Source: Escherichia phage ECCR664
Sequence record: OL631257.1
DNA length: 64,000 nucleotides
Strand: one strand, 5' to 3'
Shown here one piece after another: positions 12,536 through 22,806 of this stretch (positions are counted from its first letter, which is position 1; each line of letters starts with the position of its first letter). The translations under genes and the position numbers were made by a program. Under the pieces are notes generated by a model. It ran no database searches, was not told the origin of the DNA, and saw only the letters and a list, made by a program, of their open reading frames with translations.

Positions 12536-13030
12536 CGTTTTATTCATTCCACTTAGTTGATATGGATATAGTACCAATATCAGTGTTGATTGTAAACGGC
12601 TTTTTCTACGCTTTTAACGTAATTGGTATAGTCTTCTTGTTCGTACGAGTGTAAGGCCAAGAACGGAACTAATAGTTCATTATAGACTAAAGCCTCACGC
12701 TCACGTTCGGCCTCTACTACGTTCTGAAGATTATGACTCATATCGTTCCTTATAACTATCAATGTAGTCCTGTATGTCGAAGAATGACATTTCATATTCT
12801 AGGGCATTAAGAGCCCGTTCTTCAGTATAGTCAGAACCAAAGACGATAGTGATTTCACCAGGCTTCATGTGATTGAAATCAACACTAAAAGGAATACGAG
12901 AACATACTTCGTCTGCCATATCTGCAACAACACTACGATATACTTCTCGGTTAACCTGATAAAGCTCTGCAAGTTCTTCACAACGAATAACAAGTTCAGT
13001 GGCAGGATTTTCTTTGATTTTAGTAAGCAT
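12536..13030 (-). CDS. Hypothetical early protein(s) at the position of T4 arn (frameshift or two overlapping genes)
   Basis: ORFs 12731-13030 (99 aa) and 12580-12795 (71 aa) in different frames; no motif recognised; positional only. Confidence 0.3.
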
Positions 13031-13313
13031 AGTCTTTACCCTTATGTTTTTGTTTGCGTTTAGATTGAAGTTCTGATTTCTTCTTGTCCTTATGAACAGA
13101 AGCCTTATTGAAATCGTGTTTTGCTACAAGATTGTTCATAATGATTTATAACCTCATTTAAACATTTATCGGTAAAGAAAACTTTTAGCCACAGAACATT
13201 CGATAATGTGCTCTTTCAAATCTTTAGAGTTGGTATATCCCATCTCAGTAATAAAGTGGCGAATTAAAGCTTTATTCTTATCATTAACAGAATTAAAATA
13301 ATCTACTTTAGAA

Positions 13314-13595
13314 TCAATTATTCTCATCATCTAATTTCCTTAATTGATATTGCAACGAGCTAATAATTTCTTCGTTCATTTTAATATACATGTCACGCAA
13401 GAAAGATTTTAACCCGTCACGAATAATTGCTAACGTATCACCTTTACATAAATTAACCAAATAAGGATGGTCTAAAGCGTCCCAACCAGGCTGATTAGCA
13501 TACATACCATAGTTTTCTTCCATCATATGATTAAGACGTTTGATATCTTGGATACGTGATTCAATAGCATCTTTCTGGAGTTGTTTAATATTCAT
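13314..13595 (-). CDS. Hypothetical early protein (93 aa)
   Basis: Intact ORF, stop/start overlap with next gene at 13595. Confidence 0.4.
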   Translation of the reverse strand: MNIKQLQKDAIESRIQDIKRLNHMMEENYGMYANQPGWDALDHPYLVNLCKGDTLAIIRDGLKSFLRDMYIKMNEEIISSLQYQLRKLDDENN

Positions 13596-14056
13596 TAATA
13601 AAGGTCCTCTGAATAAAGTTCTTTCTCACTTCCGCCACGTTCAATACGTACCTGTCCAGCATATGTTGCAATAATCATTGCTTCTTCACGAGTCCAGTAA
13701 TTAGAGTATTGGTCGATAAAGCCTTGGTCGTCACCACAAACTTGTTGCGAGACTAATTGAGGACCAACTATATCAAGTACTTCAGCCATATCTTTAGAGT
13801 AATGACGAACTCCAGGAATAACCAGAGTTCCACCACTCTTCAATTTAAACCTATTAGCTGCACATACTATAACACGTTGAACTTTTTGGTCATTATTCCA
13901 ATAGCACGTTTGCCAACAGATTTCAGGAACTTCATTCATTATGTCATCAGCAGAATAATTATAACCGTAGGACTGGAATTTTTCTGCTAGACTTTCAGGA
14001 GTCTCACGAGACAAGGCCAAATCTAATAGCTCTAAACGTTCTTTAAATGATTTCAT
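13595..14056 (-). CDS. Hypothetical early protein (153 aa)
   Basis: Intact ORF in operon-like array; no motif recognised. Confidence 0.4.
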   Translation of the reverse strand: MKSFKERLELLDLALSRETPESLAEKFQSYGYNYSADDIMNEVPEICWQTCYWNNDQKVQRVIVCAANRFKLKSGGTLVIPGVRHYSKDMAEVLDIVGPQLVSQQVCGDDQGFIDQYSNYWTREEAMIIATYAGQVRIERGGSEKELYSEDLY

Positions 14057-14397
14057 TTAAACCATTCCTTAATACGTTGCCAAATAGATTTTTGTGCTTG
14101 TTTATTTACACCAATCGAACGAATAACAGGTTGTGACTGCTGATATTCTTTATAATCTTCTTTATAGACTTCGTAAGCGGCATCAACAAATGAACTGATC
14201 GCTGCCATAAAGTTTTTACGTATACCGCCAGGAGCTACTCCATTAGGGAATTCAGAATTTTCGCGAATAATTAAATATAACCCAGCTTTAACTTTAACTA
14301 TAGTTCCAAGATAAGCCCCATGGTACCAAATATCCCATCCTTCCTGAGTAGGTTCTGCACATTTACGAAGTTCGTTAATAATATTCAGCTTATTCAT
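14053..14397 (-). CDS. Hypothetical early protein (114 aa), position of T4 motA.1
   Basis: Intact ORF directly downstream of motA; ATGA overlap with the upstream ORF. Confidence 0.4.
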   Translation of the reverse strand: MNKLNIINELRKCAEPTQEGWDIWYHGAYLGTIVKVKAGLYLIIRENSEFPNGVAPGGIRKNFMAAISSFVDAAYEVYKEDYKEYQQSQPVIRSIGVNKQAQKSIWQRIKEWFK

Positions 14398-14407
14398 TAT
14401 GTATTCC

Positions 14408-15039
14408 TCACAGTACGTTAGTTACAAGGGTAATGATTTCTTTGGACACATTAGGGAAGTCAATGTAAGTATATTTACCACCAATCTTAATCTTAACATC
14501 ATTTTCAAGAGAAGTAAACAGCTTTGATTCAGTTTCTGACATGTTGTATGCAAATATTCTAAGACAACCATCTCGACGAATTTCGATCTGACGAATACCT
14601 AGAACTCGTTTTGCAAATCGAACTTCCAAGTTACTACGGTTTTCACCGATTTCTTTAACTTCAACTTTATCTTTAATATTTTCAAAAACAAAGTTTGCTA
14701 ATTCATGCATTTCAGGAGTAACTCCACGTGCTTTTCTAGTGTTACGTTTCTGAAGAAGTTCTGGAGCATTTTCTTGGGCAAAGAGGTCTGCAGCTTTTGG
14801 ATAATATCCATTGCTTCGCCTGTTGCTATAAGTCCATCACCAGATTTTTCGACTAAACCTTTCTTAATCAATACACCAATGTTAGAGTTAACAACCGATG
14901 CATTGTATTCCGCTTCCAGAGCTTCACGGACATTGGCAGCAGTGGTGAAGTTGTTCTTAATGATATAAACCATTATTGCAGCAGTTTTTTCATTCAGAGC
15001 GTTTTCGGAAGCTTTGATGATGTAAGTAACTTTAGACAT
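14408..15039 (-). CDS. motA: MotA middle-transcription activator (one frameshift near 14700)
   Basis: N-terminal MSKVTYIIKASENALNEKTA...NSNIGVLIKKGLVEKSGDGLI matches T4 MotA; C-terminal fragment 14408-14710; ~211 codons. Confidence 0.8.
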
Positions 15040-15071
15040 TTTATTTCTCCAAATTAGTATTTGTTTTGATA

Positions 15072-15105
15072 GGTCTATAATATCATGTTTGAAGCAAAAG
15101 TAAAC
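15072..15105 (-). promoter_or_regulatory. T4-type early promoter upstream of motA
   Basis: Minus strand reads GTTTAC-17 nt-TATTAT then RBS GGAG and ATG at 15039. Confidence 0.6.
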
Positions 15106-15150
15106 TTTATTTTGGGCTCTTTTTCAAAAGCCCTGGTAAAATTTACAAAC

Positions 15151-15357
15151 TCATTTCTTTAATAAGGCCAATAAGTTTTGCCTTTTAGAACGAAGCTTTT
15201 CTAAATGATATCCGTTTGAACCGCGAACAACTAAAGAATTGATTTCAACTTCTAAGAAATTTAATTCTTCAACAAGTGCTTTACGGGGAGCATTCATACC
15301 AGGTTTAACTTTACCGAAACGAGTAGTTGTGTTTTGGGTTAATTTCATTTTAGACAT
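15151..15357 (-). CDS. Hypothetical small basic protein (68 aa)
   Basis: Start set at internal Met (MSKMKLTQNTTTRFGKVKPG...) because the longer ORF would run through the promoter at 15392-15426. Confidence 0.4.
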   Translation of the reverse strand: MSKMKLTQNTTTRFGKVKPGMNAPRKALVEELNFLEVEINSLVVRGSNGYHLEKLRSKRQNLLALLKK

Positions 15358-15391
15358 TTTATTTCTCCAATTTGGTTGTTTTGTTTTTGAT

Positions 15392-15426
15392 AGGTCTATA
15401 ATATCACGTTTGAAGCACGTGTAAAC
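15392..15426 (-). promoter_or_regulatory. T4-type early promoter (near-duplicate of the motA promoter)
   Basis: Minus strand GTTTAC...TATTATAGACCTATCAAAA...GGAGAAATAAAATG; about 60 bp nearly identical to 15040-15105. Confidence 0.6.
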
Positions 15427-15593
15427 TGTTTTGTGAGAAAAATGCACAAAAGGGAGCCGAAGCTCCCTAATCGCGATTGTCCAACCAATACAGCCAAATC
15501 ACTAGTGCAGCTATTGCACCGAGAAATCCTAAGGCTAGGGCACTCAAAGTGCCTCCAAGTCTTTAGTGTACTCTGTCACAACATCAGTAGACT

Positions 15594-16865
15594 TCAATAC
15601 TCATTTTCTTCTTTCTTAGCTTTAGCTTCTTCTGCTAGTTTACGTGCTTCATCGGAAGTGATATGGAAGATGTTAAGACCTACCAGTTTATCAACATGTT
15701 CTTTATACATTTCGATTTGTGCTAGCTCTTCAGTCAAAGCTTTACGAGTCTTGCCCTGAATCACAATTTCACCACTGATAACTTTTTTGATGAAGTGTGC
15801 CTTAGCAAAAGCCAGTTTAAATGCTTTTTCAGATTCAAGGATTTTGTTGTCAATACGTTTCTGAACGTAAGTCTTACGGACTTCAACAAAATCTTTGATT
15901 AAGTCCACTACGTTATCGTAGACCGCTAATTTACCTTTTTCATTAATCACTGTGATGTTTTGTGAACGACGTTCGATGAGACTAAAATCTTTCATGATTT
16001 TTTCATGACGTAGCTCTTCGTCATCTGGAAGCGAGTACTCTTTACGGAACTTCACCTTAAACCCAAAGCCGTGTTCACCACAATCATCTTCCCATGAGAT
16101 TAGACCTTTGTCTTCCAACGGGTCAAGAACCTTACTCACATACGTTTCACGGTCGAATTTATATGGTATTTCAGTTATCTGCATTTGAGTACGAGATGTG
16201 AACTTGTATGTTCCGTGAATCTCATAACGCCCATCAACTTCATGCACTTCACCACGGAATTCCGGGAATTCAACTTTTGGCTTAGTGACATTTTTACCTT
16301 GAAGAGCTTGTAATACAGCCTTTTGACCGATTTAAAACTATGAGGCAGAATATTTGTTGCGTAACCGGTTGCAATACCAGAGACACCGTTCAAAAGAACT
16401 GTCGGAATAATAGGAAGATAGAATTTTGGTGGAACGTGTTCTTTATCTTCATGAGCTGGAGCATATTCAGTATCTTTATAGACATTATAGAAATTTTTAC
16501 TTACACGAGCAAAAATATAACGAGATGCTGCAGCTTTTGGACTGTTCTAGAACCAAAGTTGCCTTGACCATCTAACAGTGGATAGTTGTTGTTCCATGTG
16601 TTAGCCATTAATGCACCTGCATCTTGTGCAGAAGATTCACCATGGTGATAACCTAAATCTGCAACACCACCCGCAATTGATGCAAGTTTATGAAATTTTT
16701 CTTTATTACCACGAGCCAAATCTAATGCACGATGAACCACAAAACGTTGAACCGGCTTAAATCCATCAATCATATTTGGGATTGCACGGTTTTCAACGGT
16801 GTACATCGCATATGCTAAGGCTTCGTTATCAATAATACTTTTAGATTACGAGAATTCAATTGCAT
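15594..16865 (-). CDS. 52: gp52 DNA topoisomerase II medium subunit (GyrA-like; several frameshifts)
   Basis: N-terminal MQLN.R.LK... then ...MYTVENRAIPNMIDGFKPVQRFVVHRALDL (ORF 16501-16806) and C-terminal 217-aa fragment 15594-16247. Confidence 0.8.
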
Positions 16866-16869
16866 ATTT

Positions 16870-17010
16870 TCACCATATTAATGAACGAATAACCATTATA
16901 ACATCTGAAATGAAAAGCACTACTTGAATTAGTCCAAACATCACACCGTAGTACAGAACCGTAAGCAACAACAAGAGCCCGAAGGCTCCTGCTAAGATTT
17001 TCTTAATCAT
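16870..17010 (-). CDS. Small hydrophobic protein (46 aa), position of T4 ac
   Basis: MIKKILAGAFGLLLLLTVLYYGVMFGLIQVVLFISDVIMVIRSLIW read from minus strand; below the 60-aa ORF-track cutoff. Confidence 0.35.
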   Translation of the reverse strand: MIKKILAGAFGLLLLLTVLYYGVMFGLIQVVLFISDVIMVIRSLIW

Positions 17011-17020
17011 TACTCGCCTT

Positions 17021-17155
17021 TTAACACGTTAAAAGAGCTAAGACCGCTAAGGTGCCTTGTGATACGGCCTGTTGAAATACCGTTGTTTCGCCTGTAACTA
17101 AAGTGTTAACGAATAAAAACGACCAACACAACAATGCAATAATCCATGATACCAT
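17021..17155 (-). CDS. Small hydrophobic protein (44 aa)
   Basis: MVSWIIALLCWSFLFVNTLVTGETTVFQQAVSQGTLAVLALLTC read from minus strand. Confidence 0.3.
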   Translation of the reverse strand: MVSWIIALLCWSFLFVNTLVTGETTVFQQAVSQGTLAVLALLTC

Positions 17156-17207
17156 TTTAATTACCTCAAAAATAAATTAAAGGCCTAACTTAATAGGCCT
17201 GTATAAA

Positions 17208-17654
17208 TTAGTAACTCTGCAGAATGAATTTGAAATTATCGGCCAGAAGACGGTTCGTTTCAGTGAGTGTTTGATATTCTGATGTATGGTTGCGAGTGAA
17301 TGCTAGAGCCAATTGTCCTTTACCATAACCAGTAGTCAGGGGTTTCATGTTCTTGGCTGAAACAAAGATTACGTCATATTCAATATTATTAGTGCCCATG
17401 GTACGAGCCAGTTGTGAACGGCCTTGACGAATGTGAGAAAGAATTGCATCCAACCCTTGTTTAGAACGTTGACGTCCTACAAAGAATCGTGCTGCTACTT
17501 GACGCCAGTCAGATGAACCTTTAACAAAGAAGTAAAAACCTTCACGAGAACGAAACTCTTTAGAAACTTCAGAACCATATTCGCCATTACGAACTACTGC
17601 AACAACTTCACCGCCAACTGCCAGAAGGTCTTTACGAGTTAAATATTTGGACAT
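17208..17654 (-). CDS. ndd: Ndd nucleoid disruption protein
   Basis: 148-aa ORF with ...[30 protein letters not shown]...[47 protein letters not shown]4 Ndd-like. Confidence 0.8.
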   Translation of the reverse strand: MSKYLTRKDLLAVGGEVVAVVRNGEYGSEVSKEFRSREGFYFFVKGSSDWRQVAARFFVGRQRSKQGLDAILSHIRQGRSQLARTMGTNNIEYDVIFVSAKNMKPLTTGYGKGQLALAFTRNHTSEYQTLTETNRLLADNFKFILQSY

Positions 17655-17738
17655 GCTAATTTCCTCAATTGATTAATGTTTTTGTAATCCATGAGAGCAT
17701 TATACTCTGCTCTCAAGAGTTTGTACAATTTTATTCGG

Positions 17739-17930
17739 CTATATCAGAACGTTCAAAAGCTCTTCAACAGTTAAACATTCAGTGTCATCTTCAATAAAGA
17801 ATCGAGTCCAACACGTTGGGGCGATACAGTTATGAGTTTGTCCGGCGATAGAAGCTACACGAATAAGCTGCTGACCATTATTCAGAACAAATTTTTCACC
17901 AATTTCAACATCTTTAAAAAGCTTAGCCAT
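17739..17930 (-). CDS. Hypothetical early protein (63 aa)
   Basis: Intact ORF preceded by early promoter. Confidence 0.4.
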   Translation of the reverse strand: MAKLFKDVEIGEKFVLNNGQQLIRVASIAGQTHNCIAPTCWTRFFIEDDTECLTVEELLNVLI

Positions 17931-17949
17931 TTTGTATTCCTCATGTTTT

Positions 17950-17990
17950 GATAGGACTACTATACCATAATCCTACTGTGATGTAAACAA
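17950..17990 (-). promoter_or_regulatory. T4-type early promoter
   Basis: Minus strand GTTTAC-18 nt-TATAGT then RBS GAGGAATACAAAATG. Confidence 0.55.
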
Positions 17991-18180
17991 TTAAATTACG
18001 TTAAAATATGTTAAAGCCAACCATGTTCCAGTGAACGAACATGCAATGTAAAAACCAGTATCACAAATTGTTCTTAGTACAATAAGAAGTGCATTTTTCA
18101 TAAGTACCTCAATGCAATTGAAAATATTATACAAATCATAGGGATACTAAGCAACCATATTCCGATCCACATTTTAGAAC

Positions 18181-18444
18181 TCATATCTCAACTTCCGCGA
18201 GTTCCATATATCCTTTGTTGATAACCTCTTTAAGGTCTTTAGAAAGAATAACACTAAAATGGTCGTTCATATGTCCATTAACCAGACGAGTTATTTCGGC
18301 TTCAGATGACATATAAGGCACGTCCGAGTCCCAATGAGATAGACCTAAATGAGTATAAATCATCCCTTCGTCATCTGCGGTGTTGTACATTGAAACAAAC
18401 TCACCTGTCACTTTATGTTTTGCGTAGAAAAATTTAAATTTCAT
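18181..18444 (-). CDS. Hypothetical early protein (87 aa)
   Basis: Intact ORF preceded by early promoter. Confidence 0.4.
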   Translation of the reverse strand: MKFKFFYAKHKVTGEFVSMYNTADDEGMIYTHLGLSHWDSDVPYMSSEAEITRLVNGHMNDHFSVILSKDLKEVINKGYMELAEVEI

Positions 18445-18460
18445 GATGTTATCCTCTTTT

Positions 18461-18502
18461 AGATAGGACTACTATATCATAGTCCTACTTAGTTGTAAAC
18501 AC
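18461..18502 (-). promoter_or_regulatory. T4-type early promoter
   Basis: Minus strand GTTTAC-18 nt-TATAGT then RBS and ATG at 18444. Confidence 0.55.
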
Positions 18503-18512
18503 TTTTGTGAAA

Positions 18513-19293
18513 TTAAAGATGAAGATACCATCCGTTGTAGTTGCTCTTGCGGACGATTTTCTTTAGGTCTTCATGGTCTCCCACGAACTTTATAGAATAA
18601 GAGAAGACGTCAGGTGAGGTTTCTTTGACATTCAATATAATAATACAGTCTGCAACTCGATGATTCAGGAAGGGCCCTATGTTGATTCCGTTGCCACCCG
18701 GATAATCACCGCTGTATCCTGTGGTAACAGAAATCCATTTAGAATCCATCTGATGTGTCTTGACTTCTACGCGTAGACCACAGTACTTAGGATGAGCTAA
18801 CACGTCCCATGCATACGTGTACGGGTCTTCTACATCTTCAATACCTTTATTAACATATCCGTCTAGCCAATTTGCTACTACATACTCTGCAAAGACTGCA
18901 ACCTTACAACGTCGAACTACGTCTTCTTTTATTTGACCTGGATCTTGTTTCAACGAGTACCGAGCAGTATCAGCGATCTTCACTTTCATTTCACTAGTCA
19001 AAAACTCATTCGACAGGATAAATGTCGGAAGATTCTTCAGTCTCAACAGTCCCAAGTTCGTCTTTACCATAGATACCTCTGATGTGTAGTTCGCCAAAAT
19101 AAATGCGGTCTCCTTCTTCAAGATATTCTGCATCTACCGGTGGGATTTCAATAACAACTTCGTCGCATTCTAACCAGCCGTAGTGTGCATCACCAGGATG
19201 TTTTACCAATTTAGCACAATAAACTGATTTACACTTATGATGACCACGAAGATTAGCAATTTTGGATTCTGATACGTCAAATGGATGAATCAT
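18513..19293 (-). CDS. Hypothetical protein at the position of T4 denB (frameshifted; ~260 aa if one gene)
   Basis: ORFs 19006-19344 and 18513-19133 overlap in different frames; start placed at internal Met 19293 because the upstream codons run through the rIIB terminator hairpin. Confidence 0.3.
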
Positions 19294-19302
19294 AATTACC
19301 CC

Positions 19303-19328
19303 TAAAGAAAAAGGGGACCGAAGTCCCC
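19303..19328 (-). terminator. Intrinsic terminator (UUCG tetraloop hairpin + U-run) after rIIB
   Basis: Minus strand GGGGAC-UUCG-GUCCCC followed by UUUUUCUUU, directly after rIIB stop at 19334. Confidence 0.7.
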
Positions 19329-19333
19329 AATTA

Positions 19334-20281
19334 TTATTCTGCAAATAATTCAGTAACGTCTGAAATTACTTCATAACGACATGTACGCATCTTAGCATCA
19401 CCATAGTCAACCGGGATGGATACAACATCACGTGGATGAACTTTAACTTTCACAACTTTATCTGAGCTTGAACCAAAGTGGCGAATATAAGATTTAGCAC
19501 AAACGTGGAGACCGCGAGAACAGGTTTGAGTATCATCGTCGTTAACTCGAGTACGAGGCATTGAAACAACTTTACCTGGTGAGTTATCAAATGTACCGCT
19601 ATAACAATCTAAATAGTCTTTACGAACTACTTTCCACGCATAGAAATACCCATCTTCAGTGATTTCAATATCATTTGCAACCAAGAAGTCGAATAAACGT
19701 TGTACAGCTTTTTCGCTCGGGTTTTCTAACAGGTTTTCAAGGAACGGCAGATAGAATTTAAAGTCTTCGCCTTTTTCCATGGAATCAATAATACGATTAA
19801 CCAGTCCTGAACGAATTTCTATACCTTGATAAAATAAACTACCACCTTCAATAGTAACATTACCATCAACAAACTTACTAATAGCTTTCTTGATGTTAAT
19901 AAGTTCGACAGCTTTACTAAGGTTTCCTGCGACCAGATTAGCTTTAATTTCTTCAAAATTTGCATGACTTGATGGGGTCGCATTGTATGCTACGCGTCCT
20001 TCAATAATTGAAATAAATTTAGATGACGCGTTCCATATGATTTCAGGACGATGTCCGCCGATAATAGGTTCATCATTTTCTGGAACTTCTTCGATTACAT
20101 AAGAGGCATCGTTTGATTCAGGGACAACGCCTTCTGCTTTAAAATTCTTAACAATCTTACGAAGAGTATCTGTTGAAATGTCGAAGTAATCGGCAATTTC
20201 TTTACGAGTCCATTTGCCTGATTCAACCAGGCCGTAAGCTTCTAACTGTTCTTCTTGGGACAAGCATTTGATATTGTACAT
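19334..20281 (-). CDS. rIIB: rIIB protein
   Basis: Intact 315-aa ORF; MYNIKCL... and C-terminal ...FLVANDIEITEDGYFYAWKVV...QTCSRGLHVC.KSYIRHFGSS, T4 rIIB-like. Confidence 0.9.
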   Translation of the reverse strand: MYNIKCLSQEEQLEAYGLVESGKWTRKEIADYFDISTDTLRKIVKNFKAEGVVPESNDASYVIEEVPENDEPIIGGHRPEIIWNASSKFISIIEGRVAYNATPSSHANFEEIKANLVAGNLSKAVELINIKKAISKFVDGNVTIEGGSLFYQGIEIRSGLVNRIIDSMEKGEDFKFYLPFLENLLENPSEKAVQRLFDFLVANDIEITEDGYFYAWKVVRKDYLDCYSGTFDNSPGKVVSMPRTRVNDDDTQTCSRGLHVCAKSYIRHFGSSSDKVVKVKVHPRDVVSIPVDYGDAKMRTCRYEVISDVTELFAE

Positions 20282-20290
20282 AATGTTTCC

Positions 20291-22504
20291 TTATTTGGCC
20301 GCTTCCACGGCCTTCATGAATTTAACGATTTGAGCGACCTGTTCTTTAGAAAGAGTACCACGTCGTCCCATGTATTCTGACACAATATGATAATTGGTTT
20401 CGAATTCAATAACCATTTTATCATCATTATCGTAAGCATTATCTTTAAGCTTATCGAAAATTTTAGCACACAATTCTAACTTCCTGTTCAGGTCTCTGTT
20501 TTCAGCACCTGCGAATCGATTCCATCCCCAACGATTATTTACTGTTGAGAGTTTTGCAAAGTCTTTACTGATTTCTTTGTTCTTAGAGCTAAAATATTTA
20601 CTAAGGAAATTAAGCTCTTCATTACGAGTAATATGATTCAAATAAGGCTGTGCTCTACGACTTGGTGATACATACTCATCATAATCCACTTTATCGATTA
20701 GCGTAATATAGTCATTAATTGATTTTTCGAACAAGCATTCTACTTCACCAAGTTTACGAACTTTCTTAGCAATCTGCGGACGAACTACAGTGAACTCTTT
20801 AATACCTGACAAATCAGCAATACGGGTCAAGAAATTGGAGTCATAGTTCAACCAACCTTTATCTGCGTCAAGACATTCAGCATTAGAACGATTACGAACT
20901 ATAGCATAACCTTGGATTTCATCTGCTTCACTCGCTGGAATAAAGAGATCTTCTGATACCCAAACATCGTTTTCATTCTTAAAGAATCGATGAGCACTTG
21001 GCGATTTAGGACGAGGCTCATTAGTTCGTTTCCTGACTTCAATCCATGGCTTAACGATTTGTAAAAGCTCTGAAGTCTTGTACATGTTAATGTTGTCGCC
21101 ATCAAAGATAACTTTAAGGCGTTCCAGAAGTTTCATTGCATCTTCGTCTGTAGGGTCAACGAATAGTACGCTTTTACCAAAACCGCGTGGAACTTTACCA
21201 GTTAATTTAACCTCGTCTTTAGACATTTCAATTGAATTAAGAGCTCGCATTAATGGAACGCGTCCCTTAACGTCGTCAATAACAATTTCAACATTTTTAA
21301 TGTTAATGCCAATCAGACTGTTAATTGAAATGGTTGCCGTTGAGCTACCGCTTTCACGAATACGACGAAGACGAGGGGATTCAACGATATCGTATACGAC
21401 ACCAAGATTACACCACTCAGGCCCCATTTTAAAACGTTTATACAACTCAGAATAAGTTAGTTGTTCTTTAGAGTATTTCAGTGATTCAATATTAGACCCG
21501 GCCTTTTCCATGTATTTACGAGCGGTATAGCCAAGAGAATCAATTTCACGGAACACATGACGTGGGTATTTACAATCAATCCATTTCTTAGAATCTTCAG
21601 CGAACAATTTAGCATCGATTTCTGCAACGCGTTTATGGATATTTGCTACTGTACGTTTATCAAATGACAATGCTTCACGAGACGGAGCTACATCTAGTTC
21701 ACCCATAGGGAATTTAATATAAGCTGTAGTGCATCGTGTCATCATCCATGTTTGTTCTTTAATAACACTTCCGATTGGATATACAATACCACCGTAAACA
21801 GCCATGATATTACCGCGTTCACCCCATGGAGCTTCCTTGGCCAAATATACATCGTCAAATTCTGGGAAGTATTTAATATCTTTAACACCACGAACTTCTG
21901 CAATATCACCTAGAGGACGCATAACATAGGCAATTTCGGATGCGAACTTTTCAAAATCTTCTGGGTTAACGGGTACAACTACTTCTACACCTGTACGGTC
22001 GTCAGGACCCATCTTATCTACAAAAGTCGGCTTAATTTGTGGACCTGTGTCATCTTGGTAGATTACGTAACCACGAACTTCACCGTTGTGATAAGACGTA
22101 AGGTTAAACGTATCGGTATATGCTAGCGGAGCTTTAGAACCGAGTCCGAATCCACCAATGAAATCGTTACTAGATGTTTTAGTTGAAGCAAAATATGAGT
22201 TATAGATTCCTGGCTCTTCGTCATTACCTCTAATGGTGAAATCGCTCATACCAGGACCAAAGTCTCGAACTACAAAGCGTGGGTCTAAACGACCTGGAGC
22301 CTGAACAATAAACTTATCAGTGCAACCGTTAAGAATTTGTCCATCAATACAGTTTGTGATTAATTCACGTACACAAGCCAATTCTTTGTTTGTATAAAGG
22401 TCATTAGACAAAATCTTATAAACTTTGCTATTGCCTTGAATAGTGAATGCTGTGCTCTTACCGCCTGAACCAATAATCGTTTCTTTAGCCGTTTCAATAA
22501 TCAT
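20291..22504 (-). CDS. rIIA: rIIA protein
   Basis: Intact ORF; start taken at MIIETAKE (737 aa); N-terminal HATPase-like region; adjacent to rIIB as in T4. Confidence 0.85.
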   Translation of the reverse strand: MIIETAKETIIGSGGKSTAFTIQGNSKVYKILSNDLYTNKELACVRELITNCIDGQILNGCTDKFIVQAPGRLDPRFVVRDFGPGMSDFTIRGNDEEPGIYNSYFASTKTSSNDFIGGFGLGSKAPLAYTDTFNLTSYHNGEVRGYVIYQDDTGPQIKPTFVDKMGPDDRTGVEVVVPVNPEDFEKFASEIAYVMRPLGDIAEVRGVKDIKYFPEFDDVYLAKEAPWGERGNIMAVYGGIVYPIGSVIKEQTWMMTRCTTAYIKFPMGELDVAPSREALSFDKRTVANIHKRVAEIDAKLFAEDSKKWIDCKYPRHVFREIDSLGYTARKYMEKAGSNIESLKYSKEQLTYSELYKRFKMGPEWCNLGVVYDIVESPRLRRIRESGSSTATISINSLIGINIKNVEIVIDDVKGRVPLMRALNSIEMSKDEVKLTGKVPRGFGKSVLFVDPTDEDAMKLLERLKVIFDGDNINMYKTSELLQIVKPWIEVRKRTNEPRPKSPSAHRFFKNENDVWVSEDLFIPASEADEIQGYAIVRNRSNAECLDADKGWLNYDSNFLTRIADLSGIKEFTVVRPQIAKKVRKLGEVECLFEKSINDYITLIDKVDYDEYVSPSRRAQPYLNHITRNEELNFLSKYFSSKNKEISKDFAKLSTVNNRWGWNRFAGAENRDLNRKLELCAKIFDKLKDNAYDNDDKMVIEFETNYHIVSEYMGRRGTLSKEQVAQIVKFMKAVEAAK

Positions 22505-22806
22505 ATTTTCTCTCATCACAAGTTACGTTTAAAAATTTCTGCTACTTCAAGAAGTTCTTCTTTAGTAGCTGTATCGGTTTGTATTTTATATCGAATTTCT
22601 TTAAAGCGTTCTTTAAAGGACTCTGCTGATTCGATATCAAAAATCTTTGGATAAGCCGGAATTCCCGGAGCACTGCTTTATCAAAAGTTCCAAGTCCACG
22701 TTATACGTTCTCATAATATTCTCTTCAGTAGATTCCTAGGGCACTATTACTAAAGACCATATAATCTATCATCTTATGTGTAATAGTGCCTCAGGCGATT
22801 CAGGAT

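Noticed and set aside
15040-15430. Possible CRISPR-like or direct repeat array (recurring ttgataggtctataatatca units across the window)
   Set aside because: Copies are single, dispersed, each sits 20-40 bp upstream of a minus-strand start codon and contains GTTTAC and TATAAT-like hexamers at promoter spacing; these are T4-type early promoters, not a CRISPR array
21078-21455. Plus-strand 125-aa ORF
   Set aside because: Entirely inside and antisense to rIIA; no RBS or promoter context
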